The notes under the pieces were generated by a model that was given only the letters and a program-made list of their open reading frames with translations, made no database searches and had not been told where the DNA came from. Of a DNA stretch of 64,000 nucleotides, positions 1 to 11,930 are shown one piece after another; position 1 is the stretch's first letter; each line of letters opens with the position of its first letter. This DNA comes from Amoebidium appalachense (lineage: Eukaryota; Protista; Ichthyosporea), in NCBI GenBank assembly GCA_963693365.1, contig CAVNZM010000001.1, positions 9,874,907-9,938,906 on the forward strand. The letters are read 5' to 3'. Both the position numbers and the translations under genes were made by a program.

Positions 1-607
1 AACCGAAGATCCTTGAGGTGGGAAGGAGAGAATCAAAACTGAAGAGGCACACAACGACGGTTGCCTCTGAAGACTCGAAATAAGAAATCATGGTGGTTAT
101 CGGCGATATATATATATATATAGGAAACACTAGTGTATGTGTGACGTGTTGGTGGCTAATGGTTTATACTGGGGACCACCCAGGTAAACACAAGACATGA
201 ACATCTTGTGGACTGATTTATAGACTGGTGGTCAACCAGTTAAGACACGGGGAAGGTGCATCCCGTGGACTAGGTTTAGACTGGCAGTCAACCAGCACGT
301 CATGGCTATAGATAATTATTTATACTGGGACGCCATCCCAGTTCGACATATATATAAGTCGAATATAGAAGAAAACCAATATATATGGTGGGATATGAAT
401 ATAAATAAACGACGGATGGTGGAGAATAATCCCCACTGAAGATGCACACATATGACGATGGAAGACTGAGTCCCCACTGATGAAGAGAAACGATGAGGAG
501 TAGTAGACTTTCGTTGGGAGGCATCTTGATCACCGTAGGTGTGTCAACTGCTGTCCAGGGCCCCAACCTACTCAGAAACCACTCGATGATGAACACCAGT
601 GCACGGG

Positions 608-3600
608 TCAGTCACGGAGACTGAGGTTGGCACGGTGTGTGTCGTGGGCCGGACCAGCCAGAGGCTTGGTGAAGATGTCGGCCAGGTTCTTCTTGGTGTC
701 GATGTAGGTGACAGTGACGTCCCCACTGTTGATGTAGTCCTTTGTGTTGAAGTAACGAACGGCAATGTGCTTGGTCCGGTGCTTGATGGTGTTGGAGTGG
801 ACCAGAGCAATGGTGGACTGATTGTCACAGTACACGGGGGTGGGCTCGGTCATGGGGTAGCCCAGCTCCTTTAGTAGATCACGGTGCCAGACAACATCTT
901 GCACGGCAGCATTGAGGGCCAGGAGCTCGGCCTCACACGTGGAGGTTGCAGTGATCGTCTGCAGCTTGGAGTGGTAGGTGACGGGGGAGCCTTCGAGGAG
1001 GATGACGTACCCAGACGTGGAACGACGGGTGGTGGGGCAACCAGCAAAGTCAGAATCCGAGTAGCACTCAAGGATGGGCACCTTGCTGTTGGGGGCCTTC
1101 TTCTTGTAGTAGAGGCCGAGGTTGATGGTGCCGAGCAGGTAACGAACGACACGGAGGAGAAGCTCCCAGGCAGTCTTGGTGGGCTTGGAGCTGAATCGGC
1201 CGAGGTAGCCAATGGCATACGAGATGTCAGGCCGGGAGCACCGAGCAACCCACAGCAGACGGCCGAGGAGTTCACGGTAGGGGACGGTGGTGGGCAGGGA
1301 TGAGAGGGAGGTCTCGTTGATGATGGTGCCCACGGGAATAGGGGTGGCCTTAGGCTTGGCATCGACCAGGTTGAAGTCGGTGATGATGTCCTTGATGTAG
1401 GAGGACTGCAGCAGCTTGAGGGAGTCACGGGTGTACAGCAGTTGGGTGCCGAGGAAGATGTCTGGCAGACCGACCTTGCACTCGGCAGACTTCGTGATGT
1501 GACGAACAAGCCCCTGCATGATGGTGGAGTTCCGTGTGCAGGTGATGATGGCATCATCAACGTAGTTGCCCGAACGGATGATGTGCCCGTTGGGGAACTG
1601 ACGGAAGTAGACACACGGATCGGAACGGAGACGGGTGAGGCCGTGGGCAATGAGAATGGAGTTGAAGAACTCGTACCATGCCAGGGATGCCTGCTTGAGT
1701 CCGTAGATGGCCTTCTTGAGTTTCCAGACTTTGTGTTCATTGCCAGGGAGGATAAAACCAGGAGGTTGCTCCATGTACAAAGTCTCGTCGAGGGGGCTGT
1801 TGAGGAAGGCCGTGCTGATGTCGAGTTGATGGATCTCGTGGTCCTGTTGCACACCGAGGGCAAGCAGGGCACGGACGGAGGAGGACATGACGACGGGGGA
1901 AGAGTTTTCACCGTAGTCAACACCGTAGACTTGGGTGAAACCCTTGGCCACACCACGACCCTTGATCTTGGTGTCACCAGCAGAGTTGAGGACCTTCTCC
2001 GTGACAATCCACTTGAATCGGATGATGTTGGCATCGGAGGGGGGCTCAACTACGTCGAAGATGTCCTTGTCGATGAAAGCCTTGTACTCGGCAGTGAGGG
2101 CAGTCACCACTTCATCACCCTTGGTGCCAGAGCACAGCTTCTGAATTGACCGGGGCAGCTGAGACACATCAAGGCTGGGTCGGGAGATGCTCACCATAGC
2201 CATAGCAGGCCGGGAGGAGAGACGGGAGGAACGACGGGGAACGGTACGGAGGGGCTCAGGGGCCGGGGGGTTGTCTGGGACAGACACTCGGTGGTCGGGG
2301 ATGGGGGCCTGGAAGCCAGGGATGGGTGCCGTGTTGAGGGGGGAGTCGGATAACACGGGGCTGGACGGGGCCGAGTGGAACTCCGGAGACCCAGGACGAA
2401 CCGGGGTGAGATGACCAGGTACGTGGTCATTGACGGCAGGGGCCGGCAGCAGGGGTTGCTGACCGGTGGGGGGGGGGGTGGGTGGAGCCACGGGGGCAGG
2501 TACACGACGGGGGGAACGACGGATAATCACCGACGGAATTTCATCGTCATCGGAATTGGAATTTCCGGAATGCAGGGATGAATCGATTGAGGTCGTCTGA
2601 TTGGTGGCCTGCACAGAAATCTGATTGGATGCCGTGGTGAATTGTGATTCGTCGAAGACGACATCGCGGTAGAGGTTGACCGTGTTGCCACGTAGATTCA
2701 TGATCTTGTGGGCTTTGTTGGTGATATCCCAGCCCACGTAGGTGCCGAGTTTGACGGTAGAGGCCAACTTGTCTCGTTTGGATGCAGGGACGTGTACATA
2801 GGCTGGGCAGCCGAACACGTGCAGGTGGGAGATGTCAGGCTTGACACCGTAGAAAATTTCAAACGGTGTACGGCCATTGGCAGCTCTGGCCGGGGTCACG
2901 TTGATGATGTAGGCAGCATGCTTGAGAGCAGCTCCCCACAGTTTGGGGGAAAGGGAGTCGGCCTTGTCCTGATGAAGGAAGCACCGAACGATCTCCTGCA
3001 GATCCCTCATCTTACGTTCAACGAAGCCGTTGAGTTGGGGGCAGTCAACCGGGGCAAATTCCTGAATGATGCCCTTGGACTGGCAGTACTGCTCCATAGC
3101 GTGGGAGGTGAACTCGGACCCAGAGTCTGAACGGAAGTGGGTCACCACCTTGTCGGGTTGCTTGTCAGTAGTCTCAACCAGGGCCTTGACGTATTCGAGA
3201 GTTTCGGATCGATCACGGAGGAGGTACACGATGGTGTAGCCGGAGGCATCACAGGTACACACGAGGGCCACCTTGTAGCCACCATAGGAGGCACAGGGAG
3301 GCTCGAAGAAGTCCATGTGCCACTTGGCACCGGGGAAGGGGCACTGGGTTCTGGTGCCGGAGAATGGGGCCTTGGTGGTCTTGCCGGAGACACAACCGAA
3401 GCAGTCAGTGGTGTCAGCCACTGAGAGGGATGAGGGGAGGCCTGTCACGAGGTCACCTCTCACCATCTTGGTGAGGGTGGACAGGGCACGATGGCCGAGA
3501 CGGTGGTGCCAGAGCTGAGGATCATTGTTGACCTTGACGTTGGCTACCAGAGCAGTGACGGTCCGAGGGATGGAGGGACGTATCTCATAGTCAGTGATGA

Positions 3601-5038
3601 AGTACAGTCCATCTGTGCCTGTGAGGGAACACACGATGTTGCCACCACGAGTGTAGAGGTATGATGGGAATGCATCCTCATCATCGAGGTGGGCAAGGAG
3701 ACCCGACTTGGAGGCCATTGAGGGTGATATCAGGAAGGCTGGGGAGTCGGGTACATAGAGGGTGTTGAGGCTCAGTACTGATGTTACTCCGTTGTAGGTG
3801 ACGGCCAGGTTGATGACACCACGGTGATGTGCAGTGACGATGCCGAGGCCGTGGACGTCAGTCGGGGGGCATGGCTCAAGAGTAGAGAAGTACTCTTTTA
3901 CTGGGCACACGTGGACGTTTGAAGCCGAGTCCCAGCAGGGGTCCATGGGTAGGGAGGCCGTGGTGGACACGAGGGCAAAATGCACCTCTTTTCCAGACTT
4001 GGTGTTGGCACGGTGACGACGGGCAATTGAGCAGCCAGGTTTGTCACACTGTGTGACATGATGGTCTTCGTGACAGTAGGCACAGTCGAGGGAGCCAGTG
4101 GTCTTGGCTCGGGGTGGCTGGGAATGACGGTTACCCCCTTTACGTGGGGGGTAGGGTGACCGGGAACGATAGCCGGGGGAACGGGACCGTGAGTAATCAC
4201 GGTCAACTGAGGGGGATCGATCGGTGGGACGACCGCGGGGGTGACGGGAGACGGAGCTGTCACGTCGGGGGATCCGGTGTCTGAGGTCGTCCTTGGTGAG
4301 TACACGGCTTTGCAGGGCACGTGCTGTTCGGACGGTGGAGGAGGACCCGGACCCAGAGTCGATGAGACCTTCACGGATCTCTGCAGCTCTGATGTCACTG
4401 ATTAGACGGTTGTAGGTCTCGTAGTTAATGGTACGACGGAAGTAGTCGGCAATCATGGCCTGGATGTCGGTACAAACTAACTTACGGTTCTTCTTGAGGT
4501 GGATGAAGAAGTTATCAACCATAGTCTTGTGAGGAATGGGCTCTTCGAGGATGTGCAGGGTAGTGCACAGACGGCGTGCCATGGTGAGGTAGGCCGTGAC
4601 GGTCTTGAAGTCTTTGAGTTCAAGCTCATGGTAGTCGAGGAGGATTTGACGAGCACGATCTTCACGTTCAGCCGCATAGGTCATACGGAGGTTGTGGAAA
4701 GCTTGGGCAGGTGACACATCATCGTGGATTTGACCAGAGTTATACAGCTCATCATTGGAGACGAGTTGAGTAAACATCTGTTCAAGGAGGTTGGAAGCCT
4801 CGGTGTAGGCCTCCTCAGTGTCGTAGCCGTGCCACTCATTCTCGTCGGAAGGGTCGACCCACTCGGGGGCCTTGATGACGGGCACTAACTTGGCCGCGGT
4901 GGTGGTACGTAGGTACCGGAAGATGACGGGTTCCCACTCATAATAGGTGAGACGTTTGCCGGACTTCTTGTCCGTGGTGTCATCCCCTTTCCAGGGGGTG
5001 AGGTTGAGATACGCAGGTTTCTCCGACATGGTGATCAA
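608..5038 (-). CDS. Ty1/copia gag-pol polyprotein, 1476 aa, intact single ORF
   Basis: Domains are in copia order: Gag with zinc knuckle CAYCHEDHHVTQC, protease WDSASNVH, LWHHRLGH..CFGC, integrase (WHMDFF, RSDSGSEF, NGFVERK), FGCPAYVH, RT (QLDISTAFLN, YGLKQA, YVDD), RNase H (YSDSDFAG, EAE, DN, LADIFTKPL). Confidence 0.98.
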   Translation of the reverse strand: MITMSEKPAYLNLTPWKGDDTTDKKSGKRLTYYEWEPVIFRYLRTTTAAKLVPVIKAPEWVDPSDENEWHGYDTEEAYTEASNLLEQMFTQLVSNDELYNSGQIHDDVSPAQAFHNLRMTYAAEREDRARQILLDYHELELKDFKTVTAYLTMARRLCTTLHILEEPIPHKTMVDNFFIHLKKNRKLVCTDIQAMIADYFRRTINYETYNRLISDIRAAEIREGLIDSGSGSSSTVRTARALQSRVLTKDDLRHRIPRRDSSVSRHPRGRPTDRSPSVDRDYSRSRSPGYRSRSPYPPRKGGNRHSQPPRAKTTGSLDCAYCHEDHHVTQCDKPGCSIARRHRANTKSGKEVHFALVSTTASLPMDPCWDSASNVHVCPVKEYFSTLEPCPPTDVHGLGIVTAHHRGVINLAVTYNGVTSVLSLNTLYVPDSPAFLISPSMASKSGLLAHLDDEDAFPSYLYTRGGNIVCSLTGTDGLYFITDYEIRPSIPRTVTALVANVKVNNDPQLWHHRLGHRALSTLTKMVRGDLVTGLPSSLSVADTTDCFGCVSGKTTKAPFSGTRTQCPFPGAKWHMDFFEPPCASYGGYKVALVCTCDASGYTIVYLLRDRSETLEYVKALVETTDKQPDKVVTHFRSDSGSEFTSHAMEQYCQSKGIIQEFAPVDCPQLNGFVERKMRDLQEIVRCFLHQDKADSLSPKLWGAALKHAAYIINVTPARAANGRTPFEIFYGVKPDISHLHVFGCPAYVHVPASKRDKLASTVKLGTYVGWDITNKAHKIMNLRGNTVNLYRDVVFDESQFTTASNQISVQATNQTTSIDSSLHSGNSNSDDDEIPSVIIRRSPRRVPAPVAPPTPPPTGQQPLLPAPAVNDHVPGHLTPVRPGSPEFHSAPSSPVLSDSPLNTAPIPGFQAPIPDHRVSVPDNPPAPEPLRTVPRRSSRLSSRPAMAMVSISRPSLDVSQLPRSIQKLCSGTKGDEVVTALTAEYKAFIDKDIFDVVEPPSDANIIRFKWIVTEKVLNSAGDTKIKGRGVAKGFTQVYGVDYGENSSPVVMSSSVRALLALGVQQDHEIHQLDISTAFLNSPLDETLYMEQPPGFILPGNEHKVWKLKKAIYGLKQASLAWYEFFNSILIAHGLTRLRSDPCVYFRQFPNGHIIRSGNYVDDAIITCTRNSTIMQGLVRHITKSAECKVGLPDIFLGTQLLYTRDSLKLLQSSYIKDIITDFNLVDAKPKATPIPVGTIINETSLSSLPTTVPYRELLGRLLWVARCSRPDISYAIGYLGRFSSKPTKTAWELLLRVVRYLLGTINLGLYYKKKAPNSKVPILECYSDSDFAGCPTTRRSTSGYVILLEGSPVTYHSKLQTITATSTCEAELLALNAAVQDVVWHRDLLKELGYPMTEPTPVYCDNQSTIALVHSNTIKHRTKHIAVRYFNTKDYINSGDVTVTYIDTKKNLADIFTKPLAGPAHDTHRANLSLRD

Positions 5039-5135
5039 TCAGTCAGATGATGCGTGAGAGAGGAATCAGATCGGTATTCAAATTTGAATATTTTTGATTG
5101 CAGCGAGAGTATGTGTTGCGAGAGCGTGCGAAAAT

Positions 5136-5147
5136 GGGCCTTTAACC
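5136..5147 (-). promoter_or_regulatory. Primer-binding site GGTTAAAGGCCC, half-tRNA type
   Basis: Directly follows the LTR terminal ...CAACA on the minus strand. It resembles the Drosophila copia internal tRNAiMet PBS GGTTATGGGCCC and lacks the usual TGG start. Confidence 0.75.
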
Positions 5148-5892
5148 TGTTGTTTTGTACGGGTCTAAGGGAGCAGAGTGCACAGAGGTGTCATGTAAAA
5201 CACGACTAACACATTAATGAGAGGGCAATCGGAGTTGTTCACGAGACATTGAAAGATTTCAAACAACAACTGAATCTTTATTGTGCTCTCGGTTCCTTTT
5301 GTACTTGCGACTTATCACCTTATCACAACTAAAGAGGGAGAACCAATCGGTTCTATCAGAAGATAGAAAAACACATTCCGACAGAGCATACGCATTCCAA
5401 CTTCCGATTAAACTAAAGTGTAGAAACTCTTACTTAAATAAATTAAGTAATTATACATCTAGTCACTATTAACTCACATATATATTTATGTTCGTCTCTA
5501 TAAAGAAACTTATTTAAATACATATATTTCCTAACAGTCGACACTCTCAAAGTGAAGACACTTTGCAATAAACCGAATTCCATATATATCTATTGTCCAA
5601 TCACAACACACATATATTAACAGACAGGAATGCACAACACAATCTACAGATGTACTCGCTCGCGACTATTGGCGAGCCATCCTTTTGAGAACAAAACTAG
5701 GCCATTTTGAAATAAAGGAAAGACAACGAGTGAGGCTAGCCAATCACGCTACCTCTCAGATAAACAGAGGAGAGCAAACAGAAATAAAAACACAATAAGT
5801 TCTTATCAGGCAAGAGAGCCAGGTGTGCACAGATCTACAGATATCTGTGCCCACAGAAACAAGGGAGAGAGAGATACGGGGGGGGGGGGGGG

Positions 5893-5954
<62 letters not shown>

Positions 5955-6046
5955 ACAAAGGAGGAAAGCAGACACGAATACAAACAAGCTAGGACACATA
6001 CATACTTCAAGGCTCTTGCTGTCATACATGGTGACGTATTCCAACA
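5148..6046 (-). repeat. 899-bp LTR shared by copies A (as 5' LTR) and B (as 3' LTR)
   Basis: TGTTG...CAACA termini, with a PBS abutting one end and a PPT abutting the other. It contains a G run plus (AG)n at ~5878-5952. Confidence 0.9.
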
Positions 6047-6057
6047 TCCCCACTCAA
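6047..6057 (-). promoter_or_regulatory. Polypurine tract TTGAGTGGGGA of copy B
   Basis: Immediately precedes the TGTTG LTR start on the minus strand; typical copia PPT form. Confidence 0.85.
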
Positions 6058-6764
6058 GGGGTTGAAGTTTGTGTTCTCGTGTCTGTTGATGTGACGGTAG
6101 ATGAGGTCCAAACACAGGAGGGGCCGTCACACTCAAGTTTCCCCACTCGAGGATGCAAACCGAAGATCCTTGAGGTGGGAAGGAGAGAATCAAAACTGAA
6201 GAGGCACACAACGACGGTTGCCTCTGAAGACTCGAAATAAGAAATCATGGTGGTTATCGGCGATATATATATATATATAGGAAACACTAGTGTATGTGTG
6301 ACGTGTTGGTGGCTAATGGTTTATACTGGGGACCACCCAGGTAAACACAAGACATGAACATCTTGTGGACTGATTTATAGACTGGTGGTCAACCAGTTAA
6401 GACACGGGGAAGGTGCATCCCGTGGACTAGGTTTAGACTGGCAGTCAACCAGCACGTCATGGCTATAGATAATTATTTATACTGGGACGCCATCCCAGTT
6501 CGACATATATATAAGTCGAATATAGAAGAAAACCAATATATATGGTGGGATATGAATATAAATAAACGACGGATGGTGGAGAATAATCCCCACTGAAGAT
6601 GCACACATATGACGATGGAAGACTGAGTCCCCACTGATGAAGAGAAACGATGAGGAGTAGTAGACTTTCGTTGGGAGGCATCTTGATCACCGTAGGTGTG
6701 TCAACTGCTGTCCAGGGCCCCAACCTACTCAGAAACCACTCGATGATGAACACCAGTGCACGGG

Positions 6765-9700
6765 TCAGTCACGGAGACTGAGGTTGGCACGGTGTGTGTC
6801 GTGGGCCGGACCAGCCAGAGGCTTGGTGAAGATGTCGGCCAGGTTCTTCTTGGTGTCGATGTAGGTGACAGTGACGTCCCCACTGTTGATGTAGTCCTTT
6901 GTGTTGAAGTAACGAACGGCAATGTGCTTGGTCCGGTGCTTGATGGTGTTGGAGTGGACCAGAGCAATGGTGGACTGATTGTCACAGTACACGGGGGTGG
7001 GCTCGGTCATGGGGTAGCCCAGCTCCTTTAGTAGATCACGGTGCCAGACAACATCTTGCACGGCAGCATTGAGGGCCAGGAGCTCGGCCTCACACGTGGA
7101 AGTTGCAGTGATCGTCTGCAGCTTGGAGTGGTAGGTGACGGGGGAGCCTTCGAGGAGGATGACGTACCCAGACGTGGAACGACGGGTGGTGGGGCAACCA
7201 GCAAAGTCAGAATCCGAGTAGCACTCAAGGATGGGCACCTTGCTGTTGGGGGCCTTCTTCTTGTAGTAGAGGCCGAGGTTGATGGTGCCGAGCAGGTAAC
7301 GAACGACACGGAGGAGAAGCTCCCAGGCAGTCTTGGTGGGCTTGGAGCTGAATCGGCCGAGGTAGCCAATGGCATACGAGATGTCAGGCCGGGAGCACCG
7401 AGCAACCCACAGCAGACGGCCGAGGAGTTCACGGTAGGGGACGGTGGTGGGCAGGGATGAGAGGGAGGTCTCGTTGATGATGGTGCCCACGGGAATAGGG
7501 GTGGCCTTAGGCTTGGCATCGACCAGGTTGAAGTCGGTGATGATGTCCTTGATGTAGGAGGACTGCAGCAGCTTGAGGGAGTCACGGGTGTACAGCAGTT
7601 GGGTGCCGAGGAAGATGTCTGGCAGACCGACCTTGCACTCGGCAGACTTCGTGATGTGACGAACAAGCCCCTGCATGATGGTGGAGTTCCGTGTGCAGGT
7701 GATGATGGCATCATCAACGTAGTTGCCCGAACGGATGATGTGCCCGTTGGGGAACTGACGGAAGTAGACACACGGATCGGAACGGAGACGGGTGAGGCCG
7801 TGGGCAATGAGAATGGAGTTGAAGAACTCGTACCATGCCAGGGATGCCTGCTTGAGTCCGTAGAGGGCCTTCTTGAGTTTCCAGACTTTGTGTTCATTGC
7901 CAGGGAGGATAAAACCAGGAGGTTGCTCCATGTACAAAGTCTCGTCGAGGGGGCTGTTGAGGAAGGCCGTGCTGATGTCGAGTTGATGGATCTCGTGGTC
8001 CTGTTGCACACCGAGGGCAAGCAGGGCACGGACGGAGGAGGACATGACGACGGGGGAAGAGTTTTCACCGTAGTCAACACCGTAGACTTGGGTGAAACCC
8101 TTGGCCACACCACGACCCTTGATCTTGGTGTCACCAGCAGAGTTGAGGACCTTCTCCGTGACAATCCACTTGAATCGGATGATGTTGGCATCGGAGGGGG
8201 GCTCAACTACGTCGAAGATGTCCTTGTCGATGAAAGCCTTGTACTCGGCAGTGAGGGCAGTCACCACTTCATCACCCTTGGTGCCAGAGCACAGCTTCTG
8301 AATTGACCGGGGCAGCTGAGACACATCAAGGCTGGGTCGGGAGATGCTCACCATAGCCATGGCAGGCCGGGAGGAGAGACGGGAGGAACGACGGGGGACG
8401 GTACGGAGGGGCTCAGGGGCCGGGGGGGTGTCTGGGACAGACACTCGGTGGTCGGGGATGGGGGCCTGGAAGCCAGGGATGGGTGCCGTGTTGAGGGGGG
8501 AGTCGGATAACACGGGGCTGGACGGGGCCGAGTGGAACTCCGGAGACCCAGGACGAACCGGGGTGAGATGACCAGGTACGTGGTCATTGACGGCAGGGGC
8601 CGGCAGCAGGGGTTGCTGGCCGGTGGGGGGGGGGGGGTGGGTGGAGCCACGGGGGCAGGTACACGACGGGGGGAACGACGGATAATCACCGACGGAATTT
8701 CATCGTCATCGGAATTGGAATTTCCGGAATGCAGGGATGAATCGATTGAGGTCGTCTGATTGGTGGCCTGCACAGAAATCTGATTGGATGCCGTGGTGAA
8801 TTGTGATTCGTCGAAGACGACATCGCGGTAGAGGTTGACCGTGTTGCCACGTAGATTCATGATCTTGTGGGCTTTGTTGGTGATATCCCAGCCCACGTAG
8901 GTGCCGAGTTTGACGGTAGAGGCCAACTTGTCTCGTTTGGATGCAGGGACGTGTACATAGGCTGGGCAGCCGAACACGTGCAGGTGGGAGATGTCAGGCT
9001 TGACACCGTAGAAAATTTCAAACGGTGTACGGCCATTGGCAGCTCTGGCCGGGGTCACGTTGATGATGTAGGCAGCATGCTTGAGAGCAGCTCCCCACAG
9101 TTTGGGGGAAAGGGAGTCGGCCTTGTCCTGATGAAGGAAGCACCGAACGATCTCCTGCAGATCCCTCATCTTACGTTCAACGAAGCCGTTGAGTTGGGGG
9201 CAGTCAACCGGGGCAAATTCTTGAATGATGCCCTTGGACTGGCAGTACTGCTCCATAGCGTGGGAGGTGAACTCGGACCCAGAGTCTGAACGGAAGTGGG
9301 TCACCACCTTGTCGGGTTGCTTGTCAGTAGTCTCAACCAGGGCCTTGACGTATTCGAGAGTTTCGGATCGATCACGGAGGAGGTACACGATGGTGTAGCC
9401 GGAGGCATCACAGGTACACACGAGGGCCACCTTGTAGCCACCATAGGAGGCACAGGGAGGCTCGAAGAAGTCCATGTGCCACTTGGCACCGGGGAAGGGG
9501 CACTGGGTTCTGGTGCCGGAGAATGGGGCCTTGGTGGTCTTGCCGGAGACACAACCGAAGCAGTCAGTGGTGTCAGCCACTGAGAGGGATGAGGGGAGGC
9601 CTGTCACGAGGTCACCTCTCACCATCTTGGTGAGGGTGGACAGGGCACGATGGCCGAGACGGTGGTGCCAGAGCTGAGGATCATTGTTGACCTTGACGTT

Positions 9701-10189
9701 GGCTACCAGAGCAGTGACGGTCCGAGGGATGGAGGGACGTATCTCATAGTCAGTGATGAAGTACAGTCCATCTGTGCCTGTGAGGGAACACACGATGTTG
9801 CCACCACGAGTGTAGAGGTATGATGGGAATGCATCCTCATCATCGAGGTGGGCAAGGAGACCCGACTTGGAGGCCATTGAGGGTGATATCAGGAAGGCTG
9901 GGGAGTCGGGTACGTAGAGGGTGTTGAGGCTCAGTACTGATGTTACTCCGTTGTAGGTGACGGCCAGGTTGATGACACCACGGTGATGTGCAGTGACGAT
10001 GCCGAGGCCGTGGACGTCAGTCGGGGGGCATGGCTCAAGAGTAGAGAAGTACTCTTTTACTGGGCACACGTGGACGTTTGAAGCCGAGTCCCAGCAGGGG
10101 TCCATGGGTAGGGAGGCCGTGGTGGACACGAGGGCAAAATGCACCTCTTTTCCAGACTTGGTGTTGGCACGGTGACGACGGGCAATTGA
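6765..10189 (-). pseudogene. Copia copy B pol: 5'-truncated within gag and frameshifted
   Basis: Matches 608-4030 except about 8 substitutions I could count and a 2-nt longer G run at ~8625-8637, which splits ORFs 8348-10144 and 6765-8513. Identity stops abruptly at 10189. Confidence 0.93.
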
Positions 10190-11114
10190 TGTTGTAATAC
10201 GTAGTATTTACATATGGTAAGATCTTCTCAGTTTGTGTTATGTTTCAGTTCATATGCTTAGTGTAAATGCCACACTCCTATTATGTAAAGTGTAGCATCG
10301 ATCTTCGATATGCTTGTATACTTGTAATCGTGTTGTATCGGCTTTAATCGTGTATTGTAATATCGATTAGAATATTTATATGTGTGTACACGGATCCACC
10401 CACTCAGGGAGAGACGTGTACATGTTCGTGTGTACATAAATATCTCTGGTTATAGTTATGCTATTACTATCTTGTTTGTTGATCTGTGCTCTCTTTTCCT
10501 TCCTCTTTCTCCTTCCTTATTTTCTTTTCTTTCTCTCCTTGTCTTCATGTGTATAATCGTATTTCTTTTCTACTAATATATGTTAGGTAGATTTGTGTTA
10601 CTTAATACGTGTTCATTGGACGGTAACACACTTAGGCTACACTTAGAATAGCATGTGTGTTTAGACTTCATTAATTCACTTTAGTTTTCATGTGTTGCCG
10701 GGCTTTAACCAATCATCAAGGTTAAGTGTGATATGTCTGAGTCTTTGCAGTATGTCATAGGTTAGAACTTCCTTGATGATGACACGAGTTGATCTTAACT
10801 AGTGTCTGTGTCCTATCGTGTACGCCTCCGCGTACCGGATCTCTCTGAAAGCAATTGGTTCTTAGTGATTGGTTTCTATTAGAGATGGATCTGATTTCCG
10901 ACTGGTCGGAAATCATGTATGGATTGGACTTAGAAGAATTTCAGGTATTTATTCGAAGATCAGAATAAATTCAGTTCAGTCGTGTCTAAACATTGATGTC
11001 TGTTGTGTACACTGCTCCGATCGTTCCGTGTTTTGTTGTTGTGTGTGTCTGTGGTGTTTTCACACTGCACCACTGTGTCTCTGCTTACATCCCAAATACT
11101 TATACAAATTAACA
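10190..11114 (+). mobile_element. Solo LTR (925 bp) of a related but diverged copia family, in the opposite orientation
   Basis: Starts TGTTGTAATACGT (the shared LTR starts TGTTGGAATACGT on minus) and ends ...TACAAATTAACA. Its last ~70 bp align with the reverse complement of 5148-5215. No PBS or PPT is adjacent, and the flanks ATTGA and AGGAC do not match. Confidence 0.8.
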
Positions 11115-11170
11115 AGGACACATACATACTTCAAGGCTCTTGCTGTCATACATGGTGACGTATTGCAACA
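11115..11170 (-). repeat. 56-bp remnant of copy B's 5' LTR (outer end)
   Basis: Identical to 5991-6046 except one base; ends CAACA. Confidence 0.9.
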
Positions 11171-11930
11171 TTAACGGAGCGTCTATGTATATACATTGGA
11201 TATACGCTTTACGACATCCATCAACCCTCTTTACGACATCCATAGGGTTTATGGATGTCGTAAAGCGTATGTCATATGTATATCCTATGTATATCCGATG
11301 TATATACATTGCACTATACATAGGATATCCAATGTATATACATTGCACTATGCATAGGATATCCAATGTATATACATTGCACTGTACATAAGATATCCAA
11401 TGTATATACATTGCACTATACATAGGATAACCTATGTATATCCAATGTATAACCTATGTAATAATACATACGACTATACATAGAACATACATACGAGAGC
11501 GTTACGAGGGGTCGGAAACCCATCGTAATCTTCACCATCCGAGTATCCAAACCCATCCCGTTGGATATCTTAAGTATATGTTTAGGAGCGGCTTAATACC
11601 ATCGTAACCCTGGGCCATGACATATGATATACATCGATGTATTTTACGAATTACCAACCATATACATATGATATACATATGGCTGGTCCTGGGGTACATT
11701 ACGACCCCCATAATACCGTCGTAGACATTTCCATAAGAGCCCGAACACCACTCGTATGTATATACATAGCATGTCGTGTATACATCATTACGACAGCTCT
11801 TTGCCCATCCATAAGATATCCTATGCATAGCCAAATAATATGTTACGAGTATACCATGACTAACTAAATACAATATTACGGAATATCGTAATATACGATT
11901 ACGAGCTGTCGTAATATCATAATACGAAAA
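11171..11930. repeat. Palindrome-rich region with about four 34-bp tandem units (~11297-11430)
   Basis: Unit ATGTATATACATTGCACTATACATAGGATATCCA; adjacent units create the perfect 16-bp palindrome CAATGTATATACATTG. Many TTACGA/TCGTAA pairs. Confidence 0.85.

Larger units (their letters stand above)
1..6046 (-). mobile_element. Copia LTR retrotransposon copy A; its 3' LTR lies left of the window
   Basis: Intact gag-pol, PBS at 5136-5147 and LTR at 5148-6046. Bases 1-607 equal 6158-6764, the 3' UTR of copy B. Confidence 0.93.

Noticed and set aside
306-596. 96-aa ORF after pol as an env-like gene
   Set aside because: Short, with a non-ATG start and no recognisable envelope features.
871-2149. 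Long alternative-frame and antisense ORFs over copia RT/RNase H (392 and 235 aa, repeated at 7028-8306)
   Set aside because: These are shadow ORFs expected from C-ending codon bias; they are Ser/Pro-rich with no motifs.
8620-8640. Programmed frameshift in copy B
   Set aside because: Copy A is in frame at the same G run, so this is slippage or a sequencing error.
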